Assembly (NCBI RefSeq): GCF_009914755.1 | Contig: NC_060947.1 | Direction: 5' to 3' (one strand) | DNA: 64,000 bases | Source: the human T2T-CHM13v2.0 reference genome, Homo sapiens | Part shown: positions 1-15,715 of the stretch, piece by piece | How the letters are laid out: each line of letters starts with the position of its first letter | Numbering within the stretch: the stretch's first letter is position 1 | Position numbers and translations under genes: made by a program | Notes under the pieces: model-generated | The model's input: the letters and a program-made list of their open reading frames with translations, nothing else | What the model was told of the DNA's origin: nothing | Database searches by the model: none

Positions 1-1504
1 AAAGAATGTAATCAATTATCTGCGTGTTGGCACAATAGAAATTTATGGGGAGACTGTGGAGGAAACGAAATGAGAACAGCTGAATGAAGTCAATCGCTGT
101 GATGTGGCGCCTTCCCTATTGTTGAGAATGGAAAAGAGTGCAAATGCACAGTGCACCGGATTTGTCAGCAAGCTGTGTTTTCTCGGTATGGTAGATCTCT
201 ATTGCTCATGACTATTGAGAAAGACCTACACACCTGCTTCTGTTATTCTCAAGCTGAATGATGAGGACAGAGTTTATAAATAGCCTTTCTTTCCTCTCTG
301 TTAAGTGTTTCCTCATATGTGGGAGAAGGTAGATTATCTGGCTATCTAAATATCACCTGGAATTGTTACACCATGCAGTGAATGTTTAAGAAATGAGAGT
401 GGACGATTTTGGTTGATGGTTTTAGTTAGCTACAATGTTTTCAACATCTTTAATCATATTATCCAGACTTCTTATTTGTTCTTCCTGTATTACCTATTGA
501 TTATTATAATTCTGGCTCCATATACCTGTTACCTAGAGTCACATTGATACATTTTTGTCATCATGTGACATTGCTTTCCCTCAATCTCATATGCCATTTC
601 TAATCTCATTCTTGCTTTACTGTTTACTCGATTACATCTGAATCTGGGAATCACTCTCTCATCCAACATAACAGCAGCCCCTCACATGGCTCCTTTGCTT
701 CTAACTTGCCTCAATTTCTTTCTAGCCAGTAGAGATCACCAAGACCCAATTTGGTCATCCATTATGTTTGGGAGGACAGAAATATTATTTTAGTTATATA
801 TTCAGTGACTTACAATTGTTTATCACAAACCTAAAGTTACCTGTAGTAAGCACTGGATCTGTTTCAGGTACACTGTCAATTGTAGAAGGTAGTTGTGGAC
901 ATGAATAAAATGTTAGAGATGTCAGAGGCCGATGTGGCTGTCTTTAGAGGTAGAGTTTTATTGGAATATGGCCTAGAACTTTATTTTCAAAACAAAACAA
1001 AGAAATGGATAATCACCTCTTTTCCTTATCAATGATCTCTTAATCTCTACTGAATTAGTTTTGCAAATTATCACTGAAAGAGGATTTCAAGAAATATGAT
1101 TTTAAATTATCTTTTTCATATTTCTCTAGATTTTAAAAAGCTTTCTTTAAAAAGATGACAACCTTTAAAAATAACTTTTAGATACCATATATGCCTTCCA
1201 ATCTAAAAAAAATGAAAATATTGATAATAAAACATTTTTCTCCATGGTCTGTGTTAAAATTTATAGTCTGACTCACTCAATACTAATCTATGTGGAATTT
1301 ATCTTGGGTAGTCTAATCTTTGTTGCAAAAAGTGCAATACATGTCTTCCTTGCTTTAAGTACTGCTTTCTTATGTGATAGAAAACTGTTACAACTAAATT
1401 ACATTATTTTTAAAAATATGATATTTTTTAAATGGAGATCTTTTTGAATATCATACCACATTCAATTTCCAGTTAATCAAATGGCAAGTTAAAAATAAGT
1501 AGTG

Positions 1505-2237
1505 TGCATTAGATTTTTATTGCTGCAGTTGTAAATTACCAAAGGCTTAGTGGCTTAAAACAACATAATGTTATTATCATACTGACACAGGTCATACTGA
1601 TCAAGGTCTCAGCAGGACTGTATTTCATTCTGGAGGCTCTAGGAGAGAATCAGTTTCCTTTGCCTTTTCCAACTTCTAGAGCAAGTTTGTCCAACACGTG
1701 GCCTGCGGGCTGCATGCAGCCCAGGATGGCTTTGAATGAGGCTCAACACAAATTTGTAAACTTTCTTAAAACATTGTGAGATTTTTTTTTTTTTGCAATT
1801 TTTTTTAGCTCATCAGCTATCATTAGTGTTAGTGTATTTTATGTGTGGCCCAAGACAATTCTTCTTCTTCTAATGTGGCCAGGGGAAGCCAAAAGATTGG
1901 ACACCCATGTTCTAGAGGCTTACCACATTCCCATGACTTATGGCACCTTTCTTCAATCTTTAAAGTCAGTAACATTGCATTTTTCTCATCCTTCTTCAGT
2001 AGCCATATCTACCTCTCTGACTCTTCTGCTTCCTTCTTCCACTTAAGGATGGTTATTATTAAATTGGATCCACCTGGATAATCTAGGCTAGTCTTCCTTT
2101 AAGGTCAGTTGATTAACAACAGTAATTCCATCTGCAAGCTTATTGCCCCCTTTACTATGTAGCCTAAAATATTCACAGGTTCTGGGGATTAGGACATGGA
2201 TCTTTTTGTTGGGGGAGGCATTCTTCTGCCTACCACA
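1505..2237 (-). mobile_element. MaLR LTR (MLT1, MLT1D-like), interrupted by MER30
   Basis: Reverse complement starts TGTGGTAGGCAGAA...GTCCTAATCCCCAGAACCTGTGAATAT. The other end reads cttagtggcttaaaacaaca. Near-TSD tagtg/tagta. Confidence 0.8.
1682..1909 (-). mobile_element. MER30 hAT-Charlie MITE
   Basis: Matches the recalled MER30 consensus (ttcttcttc taatgtggccaggggaagccaaaagattggacaccc). Perfect 8-bp TSD TTCTAGAG at 1674-1681 and 1910-1917. Confidence 0.92.
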
Positions 2238-2243
2238 TAGTAG

Positions 2244-2622
<379 letters not shown>

Positions 2623-3359
2623 TAGGTTTGCACATGGAAGCAAGCATCACTATTTTAGATTATGGACATCTTAATTTTCAACTTTGGCAGTAGGTTTTTA
2701 CCTGTAAAATGAAAGGAAATCAACCTGATTATATACTGTGTACTTTGAATCCATTTGAGGCCTACAAATTGTTTGTAAAAACAATTGTTTTTGTCCAACT
2801 GCTTTTTTTCCAACTGCATATATGATTTATGGAATTTGATGATAAGATCATGGAATTTTTCTCAACCAAAAGTAATGGTTTGTGACACTAATACATGAAG
2901 CACATTCCAGAATGATACTCCAGATTTTAAAAAGAGTAAAGGCAAAAAATTGCTAACGTCTCCAAACATTTTCCTGTGAGCCACTAACCATTGCTAATGT
3001 TTCCTTGACAAGTGAAGAAAACAATTATTTTTTAAATATTCTGTCAAATGGTACTATTTTCTTCAGGTCAATTCTAAATTCCAAAATTTCAGGGATTATG
3101 AGCAAGCTCTCGATCGCTCTCATCCAGAATTTATAGTGTCCGTGAAACTTTATGTGCAGTACAGGAACATTTTACATTTTGGGGTTAAGAGTTGCAATAG
3201 TTTGGATGATTCCTCTGCAAACTGAAACTAATAGAGTCATACAATACAGGACCATGTTCTTAAGGCAAATATACTATATAGTGAATGAAAGAAATGGATT
3301 TTGGTAACTCCCTTTCGGGCTGAACTGAGTAAGCAGTTCTTCACACAAAGGCACCATGA

Positions 3360-3500
3360 TACAGTGATAAAAATGGTGAGTTGGGATACCAGAAACTTGG
3401 TTTCTGGTCCTGGCTCTGTCTCTAATTATTGCATCCTTTTAAACAAGTTAAAGGATAGCTTTTTGCCTCATTTCTCTCATTTAAAAATGAGTTTAAGAGG
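3360..3500 (+). mobile_element. MIR fragment
   Basis: Degenerate MIR core: ttggtttctggtcctggctctgtctctaattattg...tgcctcatttctctcatttaaaaatgag. Confidence 0.55.
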
Positions 3501-4754
3501 AATTATCGCTGAAGTCCTGGATCATGCACAGCTTCTGTGATGTTATAATCCCAGTTTTACATGGCCACCACATGCCTAACATCATCTGTGGTGGCTCCTG
3601 GAAAAAAGAGGGGATGTGAGCAAAAAAAAGGAAATACAGCAGGGAGATGTGATATGACAAAAATCTTGCTACCACAATTGTTGGAAACAGAAAGCTTACT
3701 CAATCGCTGAGAGCTAAAAAGGGCTTTTATGCACATCTCCTTGCTACTTTACTGTTTTCTGAGTTCAATTCCAATGGAAATGGTAAATATGAAGGGGCCT
3801 TAAAAAGAAATAGCATCAGGATGTTTTACTATAGTTCTGCCTTATTGTATATGGAATAGACTTGATACTAGAAAATTGACAGCAAAGTGTAGTTCTCTAT
3901 ATAACATTTTTTTTCCCCAACTGCTTTTGTAGAACTGAAACTGCACTCCCAGGGGAAGATAAACGATCCCACAAGGTGCAGTAAAAGTCAGAGAATGCTA
4001 TTGCAGTAGGGACAAGATGGCCCAGAGACACAGTCTACCCAACACCCACATTTAACTGATGCAGACCTGCAAACAGAGAGTCTTCATGATTCACTCAAGG
4101 TCAAGAAGCCGGTTAGTTACAGAGTCAGAGCTGAGGCTGTATTTACTCTTTCCCACAAGCAAGGTTCAACTGTTCCTACTTGAATTGCATATGATTACAT
4201 ACAGTATGAAAAAGGATTTTTTTCTGTTAACTGTTGACAATATTAACATCAGTCACTAATTTTAATAATAGTACTTAATTGATGCTTTGTATGTGCTAAA
4301 CAGTCTTGTAGGTGTTTTACTCAATATAGTTTTATTAACTCATCTAATCATCCCAAGAATTCTGTGAAATAATTCTACGTACACTCCTACTTTACAGGAG
4401 GGGCGCCCATGCCCCATTTAAAGATGACATTTGAACTTAGACACTTTGGCTGTAAATCCAGTGTTCCCAATTGTGCTATAATGCCTCTGAACTTAAATGC
4501 TACAAGAAAAATCAAACTACCAGGTTGGACCTCAATTATGATTACAGTCATATGAGATGAGCCACTTAATTGTATGGATCTTTAGATATATAACATTTTA
4601 TAACTTGAGGCTCATTCATTCAACATGTAGTGATTAAGCATCTATTATATGTACAGGGATTTACCAGGTGTTATAAAGGCTACCAAGGATAATGTAATTG
4701 ATAATGCTAGTATGCGTGATAAAATGGTATAATTCAAAGTATAACGAATAGCAT

Positions 4755-5000
4755 TAATAACAACAGTTCTTAGATAGTACGTATTTAATATGGGCCAGCC
4801 TTTTTGCTAGGCACCTTGCATATATTATCTCATAATTTTCACCCCAGTCATTAAGCCAAGTCATATTTTTCCATTTTAGAAATGATGAAACAGACGTGAA
4901 TAGGTAAGCAACTTACCCATACTTACAAAGGAAGTGACAGAGTTGGTATTCAAATCTAGGTCTGTGTGAATAACAACCTCATTTTATTTCAACTACTCTG
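4755..5000 (-). mobile_element. MIR
   Basis: MIR reverse core: ccattttagaaatgatgaaacagac...aacttaccc...acagagttggtattcaaatctaggtctg. Confidence 0.7.
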
Positions 5001-5262
5001 CTTTAAATTAGAAAACCCAATCCTATCAAAAGAACACGTGAGGCCCCTCTCCAGGCCCAGCTGGGAGGCTTATTGCTGAATGCATGGCCAGAATCCATTG
5101 TGGCTTCTTTTTGCACAGATCTTACATGTTCCCCGGGGGGTTTATTATCTCCCCATATATGGTAAAGAGGAGAAATCCTGGAGTTCATCTCCAGTCTTTC
5201 TGTTTAGGCTTTGCCCACCAGTGAAATTTAAGAGCAGAGTATTGCAAAGCGTATTTGGAATA

Positions 5263-5662
5263 TGTTAAGAACCCTTCATTTTGCGTTCATGCTTTGATGC
5301 TTCAACATCCTTCTCATTGTCCTAATTTTGAGTCCACATTCAAAACCAGCTGAAACCCCTTGAAAATAAACCCAACCGCTGGCATCTGGCTCCGCAGCCA
5401 CCCACCTTGCTTGGTTTGCTTTCAAATTGCCCGGTGAAATTCACTGGCACCAATCACAAGTCCTCATGCTCTCTCTGCTCATCACCTATTAGGTCAAGCA
5501 CTCATGGGTTGTGCCGTGTTGTGGCCCTGCATGGCATACTGTCACCCTCTCTCTGGGACCTGTGAGAATAAGAAATGTCATCCTCTCAAATCACTTTCTC
5601 TTGTTCTCCTGTGGCGGGACCAACTTTCCCATACCTTAACCAACACCTACATTCTTAGAACA
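5263..5662. mobile_element. Possible ancient solo LTR, family unassigned
   Basis: About 400-bp GC-richer island with TGTTAAGAA...TTCTTAGAACA inverted termini, an internal CCAAT and an aataa. No TSD seen. Confidence 0.3.
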
Positions 5663-6869
5663 GATGGAATGAATGGAAACGAAGCTACACAACTTTCTAA
5701 ACTTGTGATTCTAACTTCAAAAGTAATGATTACTTTTTCTCTTTCCTGCTGCTTTTCTATTTTATCTCTCATTTTTCTAACATCTTTTCTCTCATCTACC
5801 TCTGAAGATCCACTCTACCTAGGATCTGGAGCCTTCCTTAATTCAGTCACTCATTTAGGGACTGTACTGAGTTTCACCAGGGGTTTCACCAAATAATGAT
5901 ATAATTTCAGCTCTTTATGCCTTTTGAGTGACACTCATAGGAAGAGAAGGATTGCATCTCTACCTCTAAAGGGTCTTGAATTGTGAAAGAGTTTCCCTCC
6001 CCTCTTCTCTTGTGCTCTACTTCCTCTGCTTTCCTCCCCTCCTTTTCCCTCTCCCCCACACATGTAAACATTGTGTAATTCCATGTGTGTCCCTGTTATC
6101 TATTTGTTTCTAGTGTTAAGGTGACTTACAGCTTAGGGGTACAACTGTATATGTATTATATTCAGATGCAGACTTGTCAAGACAAATACAGTCTTCCTGA
6201 CACTGATGCATGCAGTCAACACTGGAACAGAAAGTTGATAGCTGCATTAAAATTTTTGCAATGGCTGCCATAGAAACCCACGCAAGAGTGACTTTGCGCT
6301 GAAATATGACATCTCAGGGATCTGTCTGGTGAATCTTTGACACAGAAAGAGAAATAAATTAGAAAACAGTTTTCCACAGAGCCTTTTAGATCCTTAAAAC
6401 TTGAGTCTCAAAGCACTTGAACAAAGTAACTATTTGGAAAAAGAAAAGGTATTCGTTCTTGGCATTTTTAAATTCATTGAATAGATTCTCCTTAAATGTT
6501 AATAGCATTTTGATGGGAGAATTACTCTATTCAGAGCATTCGGCTCACCTCAGAAATGATTTAAAAATTTTATGTTATGCCTTTTAAATATTAAGCTTCT
6601 CATTTTCCATCCCATATCAAAACTGGCATAACATTTCAGAAGTCAAGGTTTAACAGTCAGCAAATAAACATATTTGCAAAACTGTTAAATGATGATTATT
6701 TTTGCATTTGATACGCAATTGTATCTACAATATATGTCTTGAGGAATATGTGTTTTATTCACTGCATGTATGCAAGCAATAAAATTTCACTAAGCAGACT
6801 CCATGGCAAATTAGTTACCTGAGTATTCCAATTACTGAGGTTCCTCAAACCACTAGAACTTTCATCTTT

Positions 6870-7954
6870 TTTTTCAGTCCTTTTTTTTTAATCATACTCT
6901 AAGTCTGGGATACATGTGCAGAACGTGCAGGTTTGCTGCACCCATCCACCCGTCATCTATGTTAGGTATTTCTCTTAATGCTATCTCTCCCCTAGCCCCC
7001 CACCCCCCGACAGGCCCTGGTGTGTGATGTTCCCCTCCCTGTGTCCATGTGTTCTTATACTTCACCTCCCACTTATGAGTGAGAACATGCGGTGTTTGGT
7101 TTTCTGTTCCTGTGTTAGTTTGCTGAAAATGATGGTTTCCAGTTTCATCCATGTCCCTGCGAAGGACATGATCTCATCCTTTCTTATGGCTGCATAGTAT
7201 TCCATGGTGTATGTGTGCCACATTTTCTTTATCTGGTCTATCATTGATGGGCATTTGGGCTGGTTCCAAGTCTTTGCTATTGTGTACAGTGCTGCAATAA
7301 ACATACATGTGCATGTGTCTTTATAGTAGAATGATTTATAATCCTCTGGGTATATACCCAGTAATGGGATTACTGGGTCAAATGATATTTCTGGTTCTAG
7401 ATCCTTGAGGAATCACCACACTGTCTTCCACAATGGTTGAACTAATTTACACTCCCACCAACAGTGTAAAAGCATTCCTATTTCTCCACATCCTCTCCAG
7501 CATCTGTTGTTTCCTGACTTTTTAATGATCACCATTCTAACTGGCATGAGATGGTATCTCATTGTGGTTTTGATTTGCATTTGTCTAATGACCAGTGATG
7601 ATGAGCTTTTTTTCATATGTTTGTTGGCTACATAAATGTCTTCTTTTGAGAAGTATCTGTTCATATCCTTTGCCCACTTTTTGATGGGGTTGTTTGTTTT
7701 TCTCTTGTAAATTTGTTTAAGTTCTTTGTAGATTGTGGATATTAGCCATTTGTCAGATGGATAGATTGCAAAAATTTTCTCCCATTCTGTAGGTTGCCTT
7801 TCACTTCGATGATTGTTTCTTTTGCTGTGCAGAAGCTTTTTAGTTTAATTAGCTCCCGTTTGCCACTTTTGGCTTTTGTTGCCATCGCTTTTGGTGTTTT
7901 AATCATGAAGTCTTTGCCCATGCCTATGTCCTGAATGGTATTGCCTAGGTTAGG
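6870..7954 (-). mobile_element. 5'-truncated L1PA (about L1PA7/8), ORF2 3' end plus 3'UTR
   Basis: ORF2 C-terminal peptides in the ORF track ([28 protein letters not shown]). 14-bp TSD GAACTTTCATCTTT at 6856-6869 and 7955-7968. Confidence 0.95.
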
Positions 7955-8219
7955 GAACTTTCATCTTTACTAGATGAATCAAACCTGGCAATCCTCAGAT
8001 ACCAAAACAAAAACACCTTCATATACATGTTAGCCCTCATAGAATTCTTCAAAGGCATACTTTCTGTCTTAAAGTATAAAATAATTCAAATATAAATTTT
8101 CTTTTCTCTTGATGATTCTGCACCGTAGTACTTTTGGGTGTTAGTGTAATCTACTGGTGCTTTTGTGTAGATACAAGATGCAAGTCAAGAATCAGATTTG
8201 TTGTCATCTCTCATCGCTC

Positions 8220-8250
<31 letters not shown>

Positions 8251-9572
8251 GTAACCTTGTGCAAGATGCCTTTAGCAATCAATGCCTCAAGAAAAAAAGA
8301 GATGATTGCCAAGTGGTTAATTAGCCTTCTGCCAGGTCTTCCCCACCTCAGCAACCTATTTACCAACATGCAAACTTGATGCCCACTAACAGTGGAAAAG
8401 TCTTAGGCCTTTAGGGGTCACAGTGATGAGGTACAGGTGACTCTTTACCCACCCCACCCCTGATAGCTGATCTACCTCTCATCATCCTTCTAGTCATGAC
8501 TTCAAATTACCACCATGCTGCCTGGACAGCTGATGAGGGGATTTTCATAACAGCCAGTATGGCTGCTTTGAATGATTGCCATGGAATTTTTTCCCTCTTC
8601 TTTCGGTTTCCCTCCCTTTTACTTTCTTCTATCTCCTGTTGCTACTACAAATTTTCTGTGAAAAGCTGGTTTATATATAGATTACCAACCCATCAGAGAA
8701 TACTTTTGCTTTCAAGTAGGAAATCAAATAATCATAGCATACTGGGTACTATTTTTTATGGGTTCTCTCTTCTATGTTGTTTATTACTTGGATTCATGGG
8801 GATGCTTCATTCTTCCCAATGAGGTAAGGTTTCCAGCCCTCTTTTTGTAACCATAATTGTTTTGAAGTCTAGAGCTGTTCCCAAAGATTGAGAGTTCTGA
8901 AAGTTTGGCCTCAGGAGTGGGTGGGGTGGGGGAGAGTAGTAGGTAAGCTGTTGTGTGTATATTTATGCTTATTGTTTGCTCAGCAAGCAGTAGACATATA
9001 CTTGAATTAATCTGGCAAAGTGTTTAGTTTTAATGTAAGGTGAAACACAGGAAAATACTCCTATCCCAAAGATGTGAAAAAATAGTTTGTTAGGGGAAAC
9101 AGGAAAGAGCAGCTCTACAACCAATGATATATTCATATCTAAGTTGAAGTCATATATTCTGTTTTATGTGGAGCACACAAATTAGCTTTGCAAGTTGGTC
9201 GGCTATGCCTAGATATTTACTGTAACATATATTTTTCTAAAAGCATATATGGGTGCCTTAAAATTAAAATCTGTACCACAAGGAATATTGGATATTAGAA
9301 ATTATGAAACAATAGGGCTTATACAAAAGAGGTATGTTTATTCATTTACTTACTGTTTTTTATTGGATACATGTGATTAAAAGAAAAATTTTTATATAAT
9401 CCTATTGTCTCAAGGACAAATGATTCTGTGCTCATCTGGGCATGGGACATGTCACACAGATATTAAAGACACTACAGAGCCATACTGAAATAACACGGAC
9501 AGAGAAATAAAAAAAAAAAATTAAAAACAGGGTCAATAGTGGCAAAAAGTGAGCTTGTTAAAAAACAGAATT

Positions 9573-9879
<307 letters not shown>

Positions 9880-10202
9880 GTGAAGGCATGCAAAATATCC
9901 TCTTTGGAGTCTAATTTAGACATCATGGAAGGATAATTATTTGGTGGTGGGGATGACATGGAGATTAAAAACAGGAGAAGGAAAGCCCTGTGTGTTTTGG
10001 CATTTTAGACATTTAGTGGAACACACTAGGGTTCTTGACACTTTCTCTGTAACTTGGAGAGGATACTTTTATATTGTAGATAACCTTGTGGAGAGGTAGA
10101 AGAACTATGGTGGAGTCTGAAGAAGTAATACAGTTCAAGGTGTTTCCAATTTGCTCTAAGTTAGCAAAAGAAAAAGACAAACACAAACAAATAGAAAGTA
10201 TT

Positions 10203-11330
<1,128 letters not shown>

Positions 11331-13314
11331 AGTTAAAACTAAAGGGATTAGAGGAAATTATGAATTCTAAGAACTTACTTTGTCTGGGAATTTAACTGTG
11401 CATTGAGCTAGAATTATTTTTGTTGTATTAGGAATCTGGTAATAGTGAACATGAAACAGGAGAGAAAAATTTTTCACAGATATTTTGACATCAAACTGAG
11501 ATCATTTGATAGTTTTTGCCTGATTAATATTCTTAAATGATTATGGAGAAGGTGTTGTGACCCAGAAATGCAATAACCCATTATAGTATCTTGTTTACAC
11601 CCCATTAACACTGATAGCACTCTATGTTACTTTATTTTCAATTTTTTTCCTTCAGAGTCTCAGTTATTTAACCATTTTCCAATTACTAAGCGATATATGA
11701 ATCTGACTCACATTCTATATTCAGAACAATGAAGATCAAAATATGTATTTCTTATAGCAGTTATAGATTACAATAGTGGAAAATGGGCTTCAGAGTATGA
11801 AAAAGTGGAGAGCAAGTCAAAATCTTATATGAATATGAGAGAACATTTTAGTTATAATTACAAAGCCCCAATGGCCTAATTTTCCTCATTAATGCTGAGT
11901 GATATTTTTGAAAAGTATGTAGAATTTAAGGTACCAATTGCCAAAACAGTGAAATAAAGGAAAGGCGTGAGAAAGAAAGATAAATGAAATTCCCAGGTAT
12001 TACACAATTTACATCAAAGTATTTTCTAATTGGTAATGTAAAATGTTATATAGGAAATTTTACACATCATTTTATATATCTCTTTACTTGAAGTGTTAAA
12101 GTGATTTCCCATATAATAATTCAGAAAATTATGTATAAGCTAACAAAACTTAGACCTGTAGACTCTAGTTGTATGTAGAAACTGCCAATAGCTGCTAATT
12201 CAATTCTCTCTTCAATGTACCCCAACTGATATCTTGTTTACTGGGAATATCACATTCTTCTCTCTCATTGGACTTTATTTCACTGGAAAAATAAGTCCTA
12301 AAGGGAATAACAAAGAAAACTACAATTGAGAAATAGAAACAACAACAACAAAAAGTTTAGCTAAATAATTAAAGATATTTGATGAGCATCCTGGGGATAT
12401 CCAAGTTAATGAACTTGAGTGAGTAGGATGGGCATTCATCTCTGATTCCCACCTTTCAGAAGAGTGAAGAAAGCATTAAACCATGAAACTATGGCTTGTG
12501 AAGATTTCCGAGGGCCAGTTTACTGAGTGCTGAGAATGCCAGTTTTTTAAGGCTTCTCATTACCTTTTAGCATTTGGAACCCAAAGTGGAGAATGATTGC
12601 TTCTGAAATAACAAGAGGTCATTTCCTCTTCCTTCAGGTCTCTTCCTAAATGTTCTCTTGTTCCTTATGCTGCATGATATGTAAGATAAAATTTATTTTT
12701 TTCATTGTATCATTAAAAATAAGAATCTTTCTGCAAGGAAAAAGAAGGGTATTTAGATAAAACCAGGAGTTTACTTTGATACTTCCATGTAAACTCCTGT
12801 TTGTATCAGCAGTGGTACCTTGGCTGTTGTCCAGCGGTTTAATTGGCTCTTGTTTGCCTAATCTCCTGTAACAGATAATGTTATTACAGAATCGTAGGAC
12901 TCCAAAATTTCCCATCAGACAAAACAAGCCTTTTAATGAGAATCACTTTGTTTTACCTGGCATTTGGCTTGGTTTGAGCCACCTCAATCCCATCTCACTT
13001 GTGAGAAATGCATTATTTTTCCTAACAACCATGCTAATTCTAAGCCAGGAAACATTTTTTTGGATCACTTCTTTTCTGGAATGATTCAAAGTTCAGGAAA
13101 GTAAAAGTGGGAAGGAATTTAAATTAAGCTGAGATGGGAAGGAGACATAATTAAATTGGACTTTATTACCCCTGTTTTGCAACTAGGTTGATGTTAATTG
13201 GTATCTCAAAAGACATAGCACTATAACATTTGCTGTTTTTGAATTTACATTAATTTCTTCTATAATAGTACGTCAGTGTATATAATTTGTCTAAATTCTG
13301 TATCTTTTATTTAT

Positions 13315-13900
13315 CCATTTAGTAATTCTTACATTCAACCAATATTTGGTGAGTGTATTTCGTGTTTAAGGCACTGTTCTAGGGACCACTAATAGAGTAA
13401 AGCAAAACAAACCGACAAACACAAAATAAAGTCCTAACTGTAATGGAGCTTTTTGTTCAGGTAGTGAAAATTGTTTTAAGAAAAATAATATATGGGGATA
13501 ACAGTAGACCGTGTATGCAGGAGTAGGACAGTTATATTTATACATCTATACACACACACAAATACATGTATGTATTCACATCCATATACATCTGTCTACA
13601 TAGATATAGATTATAATGTTATATTATAGGATGTCAAAAAGAATCTCTTTTTGATAGGCTGGCTTTTGAGAGAATTAAAAGGAAGTGAAGGGGCAAGACA
13701 TGTAGCCATATGGACAAAAGGAAATTACAGACAGGACACAGAAAGTTGCAAAAACCTGAAGTAAAAGAATGTTTTGTGTTTAAGGGGCAACAAACAGTGA
13801 TGTGAGTTGGGGGAATATGCTAGAAGAGGAGATGAGAGAGACAAGGTGGGAATGGAAAAAGTCCAGTAGGACTTCCGTGACAAATATTTAGGAATGGATT
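13315..13900 (-). mobile_element. L2 fragment
   Basis: Reverse of the L2 3' end: cattcaaccaatatttggtgagtg...ggcactgttctagg. Confidence 0.55.
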
Positions 13901-13946
13901 TTGTTAAACAACATGTATACGATATTGTGGTTAAAGTAGAAAATCA

Positions 13947-14362
13947 ATGATAGACTGGATTAAGAAAATGTGGCACATATACACCATGGAATACTATGCA
14001 GCCATAAAAACTGATGAGTTCATGTCCTTTGTAGGGACATGGATGAAATTGGAAATCATCATTCTCAGTAAACTATCGCAAGAACAAAAAACCAAACACC
14101 GCGTGTTCTCACTCATAAGTGGGAATTGAACAATGAGAACACGTGGACACAGGAAGGGGAACATCACACTCTGGGGACTGTTGTGGGGTAAGGGGAGGGG
14201 GGAGGGATAGCTTTAGGAGATATACCTAATGCTAGATGACGAGTTAGTGGGTGCAGCACACCAGCATGGCACATGTATACATATGTAACTAACCTGCACA
14301 TTGTGCACATGTACCCTAAAACTTAAAGTACAATAATAGTAAAAGAAAAAAGAAAAAAAAAA
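13947..14362 (+). mobile_element. Short 5'-truncated young L1 (L1PA2/3-like), sense to host gene
   Basis: ORF2 end MIDWIKKMWHIYTMEYYAAIK. The 3'UTR has gctagatgacGAGttagtg (not the Ta ACA diagnostic), then an A-tail. TSD AGAAAATCA at 13938-13946 and 14363-14371. Confidence 0.95.
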
Positions 14363-15550
14363 AGAAAATCAGGGCCATAGAGAAAAGATGGAAGCAAATA
14401 TAGTGTAGAGAAAGCTAATATGTTTCTGTAGTTGATCACTAGATTTCTCTATCAGTTTCCTAGTGGCCAGGGCATACAGGGAAATAAAAATGTTGTATGT
14501 CTGGTTAAATACATTTTTTTAAAGCAAGCAAGTATACCAATTATTTAGGGAAATTGAAACAAAATTACAAAACAATTGTTGCTCTTGTTTGTCTTCTTTG
14601 TTAGCCAAAAAATGCCTCCCCTTTATTTTTATTTGTTGTTGTTTTGGTTCTTCAGTTTCTATTAAATAAATTTCCACACTTGAGACGCTGTGTAATTTCA
14701 TCTAGTTTTGTACAAGGTTGTGGGTGATACAATCTTATGTCATTTTTAAATTGTCCACTACCATACTGAAATTTTCATGACTTGCCTTCATATATGAGTA
14801 TGTTTTTATTTCAATCCCAAGATTCAAGTATACAAACGCAGTGCTTTTTTAATAGGAAGAACATATTAAAAGTCTTCATATACCAAGAGAAAACTTACTT
14901 CTCTTAGAATACTGATTGTCTCTTTATAACCACTCTTTTATAAGTAATTGTATAAACTCTTACATTGGGATTATGGTAGTTTCTTATTGATCTGGTAAAT
15001 GTTTTCTCGTGTCTATAACAATTCAAGGTAAAATACACTACAATCACCAGAAATAAACTATGTTTTCTGGTACTAAAATCATTATTTTAGTAATTTTTAA
15101 AAATAATGTTCATTATTATCCATTATCTGAGAGATACCTCTCATTACCTCTCTCAAAAATGACAAGAAAGTGAAATAACATGTCTAAGATTATTGTTACC
15201 TAATGTTTATAAAAATAGATAAACCCAAGAAAAATATCGAAAAGTATTAATTGTATGAAAAGATGGAGAAGAGGAAAATATCCCTTATAATGAAAATCAG
15301 TCATGCTAGATGATAAAGTGGTGAGATTTAAACAATTTTCTGGGCATTGTATTCTCAAATGGATAGTGAGTTGAGCAAATAGATTAAAAATAGTGTAAAG
15401 TAATGCAATAGTAAAATAAACATGCTGAGTAGGAAGAGTTAAGTCTTAGATAACAAAAGGCAGAAGACAAATTAAATCAAAATAATGTAGAGGCATGACA
15501 ATGAAAGCTAAGTAGTCTATGGAAAACTGTTAAGAGACCTGAATTAATTA

Positions 15551-15715
15551 ATGATGATAATGGTCGTAACTAACATATATATGTAGTGACAGGAATCAAT
15601 CCAAGTATTTTACACAAACTCCTCATTTAATTGGCCCCACAACTCCTTTAGGTTGGTATTATTATCATTTCCATTTACACATGACGAAACTGAGAGCACC
15701 TAGAGGATTAACTGG
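15551..15715 (-). mobile_element. MIR
   Basis: ctcatttaatt..cacaactcc..aggttggtattattatcatttccatttacacatgacgaaactgag. Confidence 0.7.

Noticed and set aside
2760-2795. Short AT-rich palindromes (aaaaacaattgttttt; also near 2605, 31325, 63036)
   Set aside because: Stems of about 8 bp are expected by chance in 64 kb of AT-rich DNA; no miRNA-length hairpin or shared motif.
5504-5896. 130-aa ORF and other non-repeat ORFs (23499, 28934, 55700)
   Set aside because: No recognisable domains and composition typical of chance ORFs or decayed repeats.
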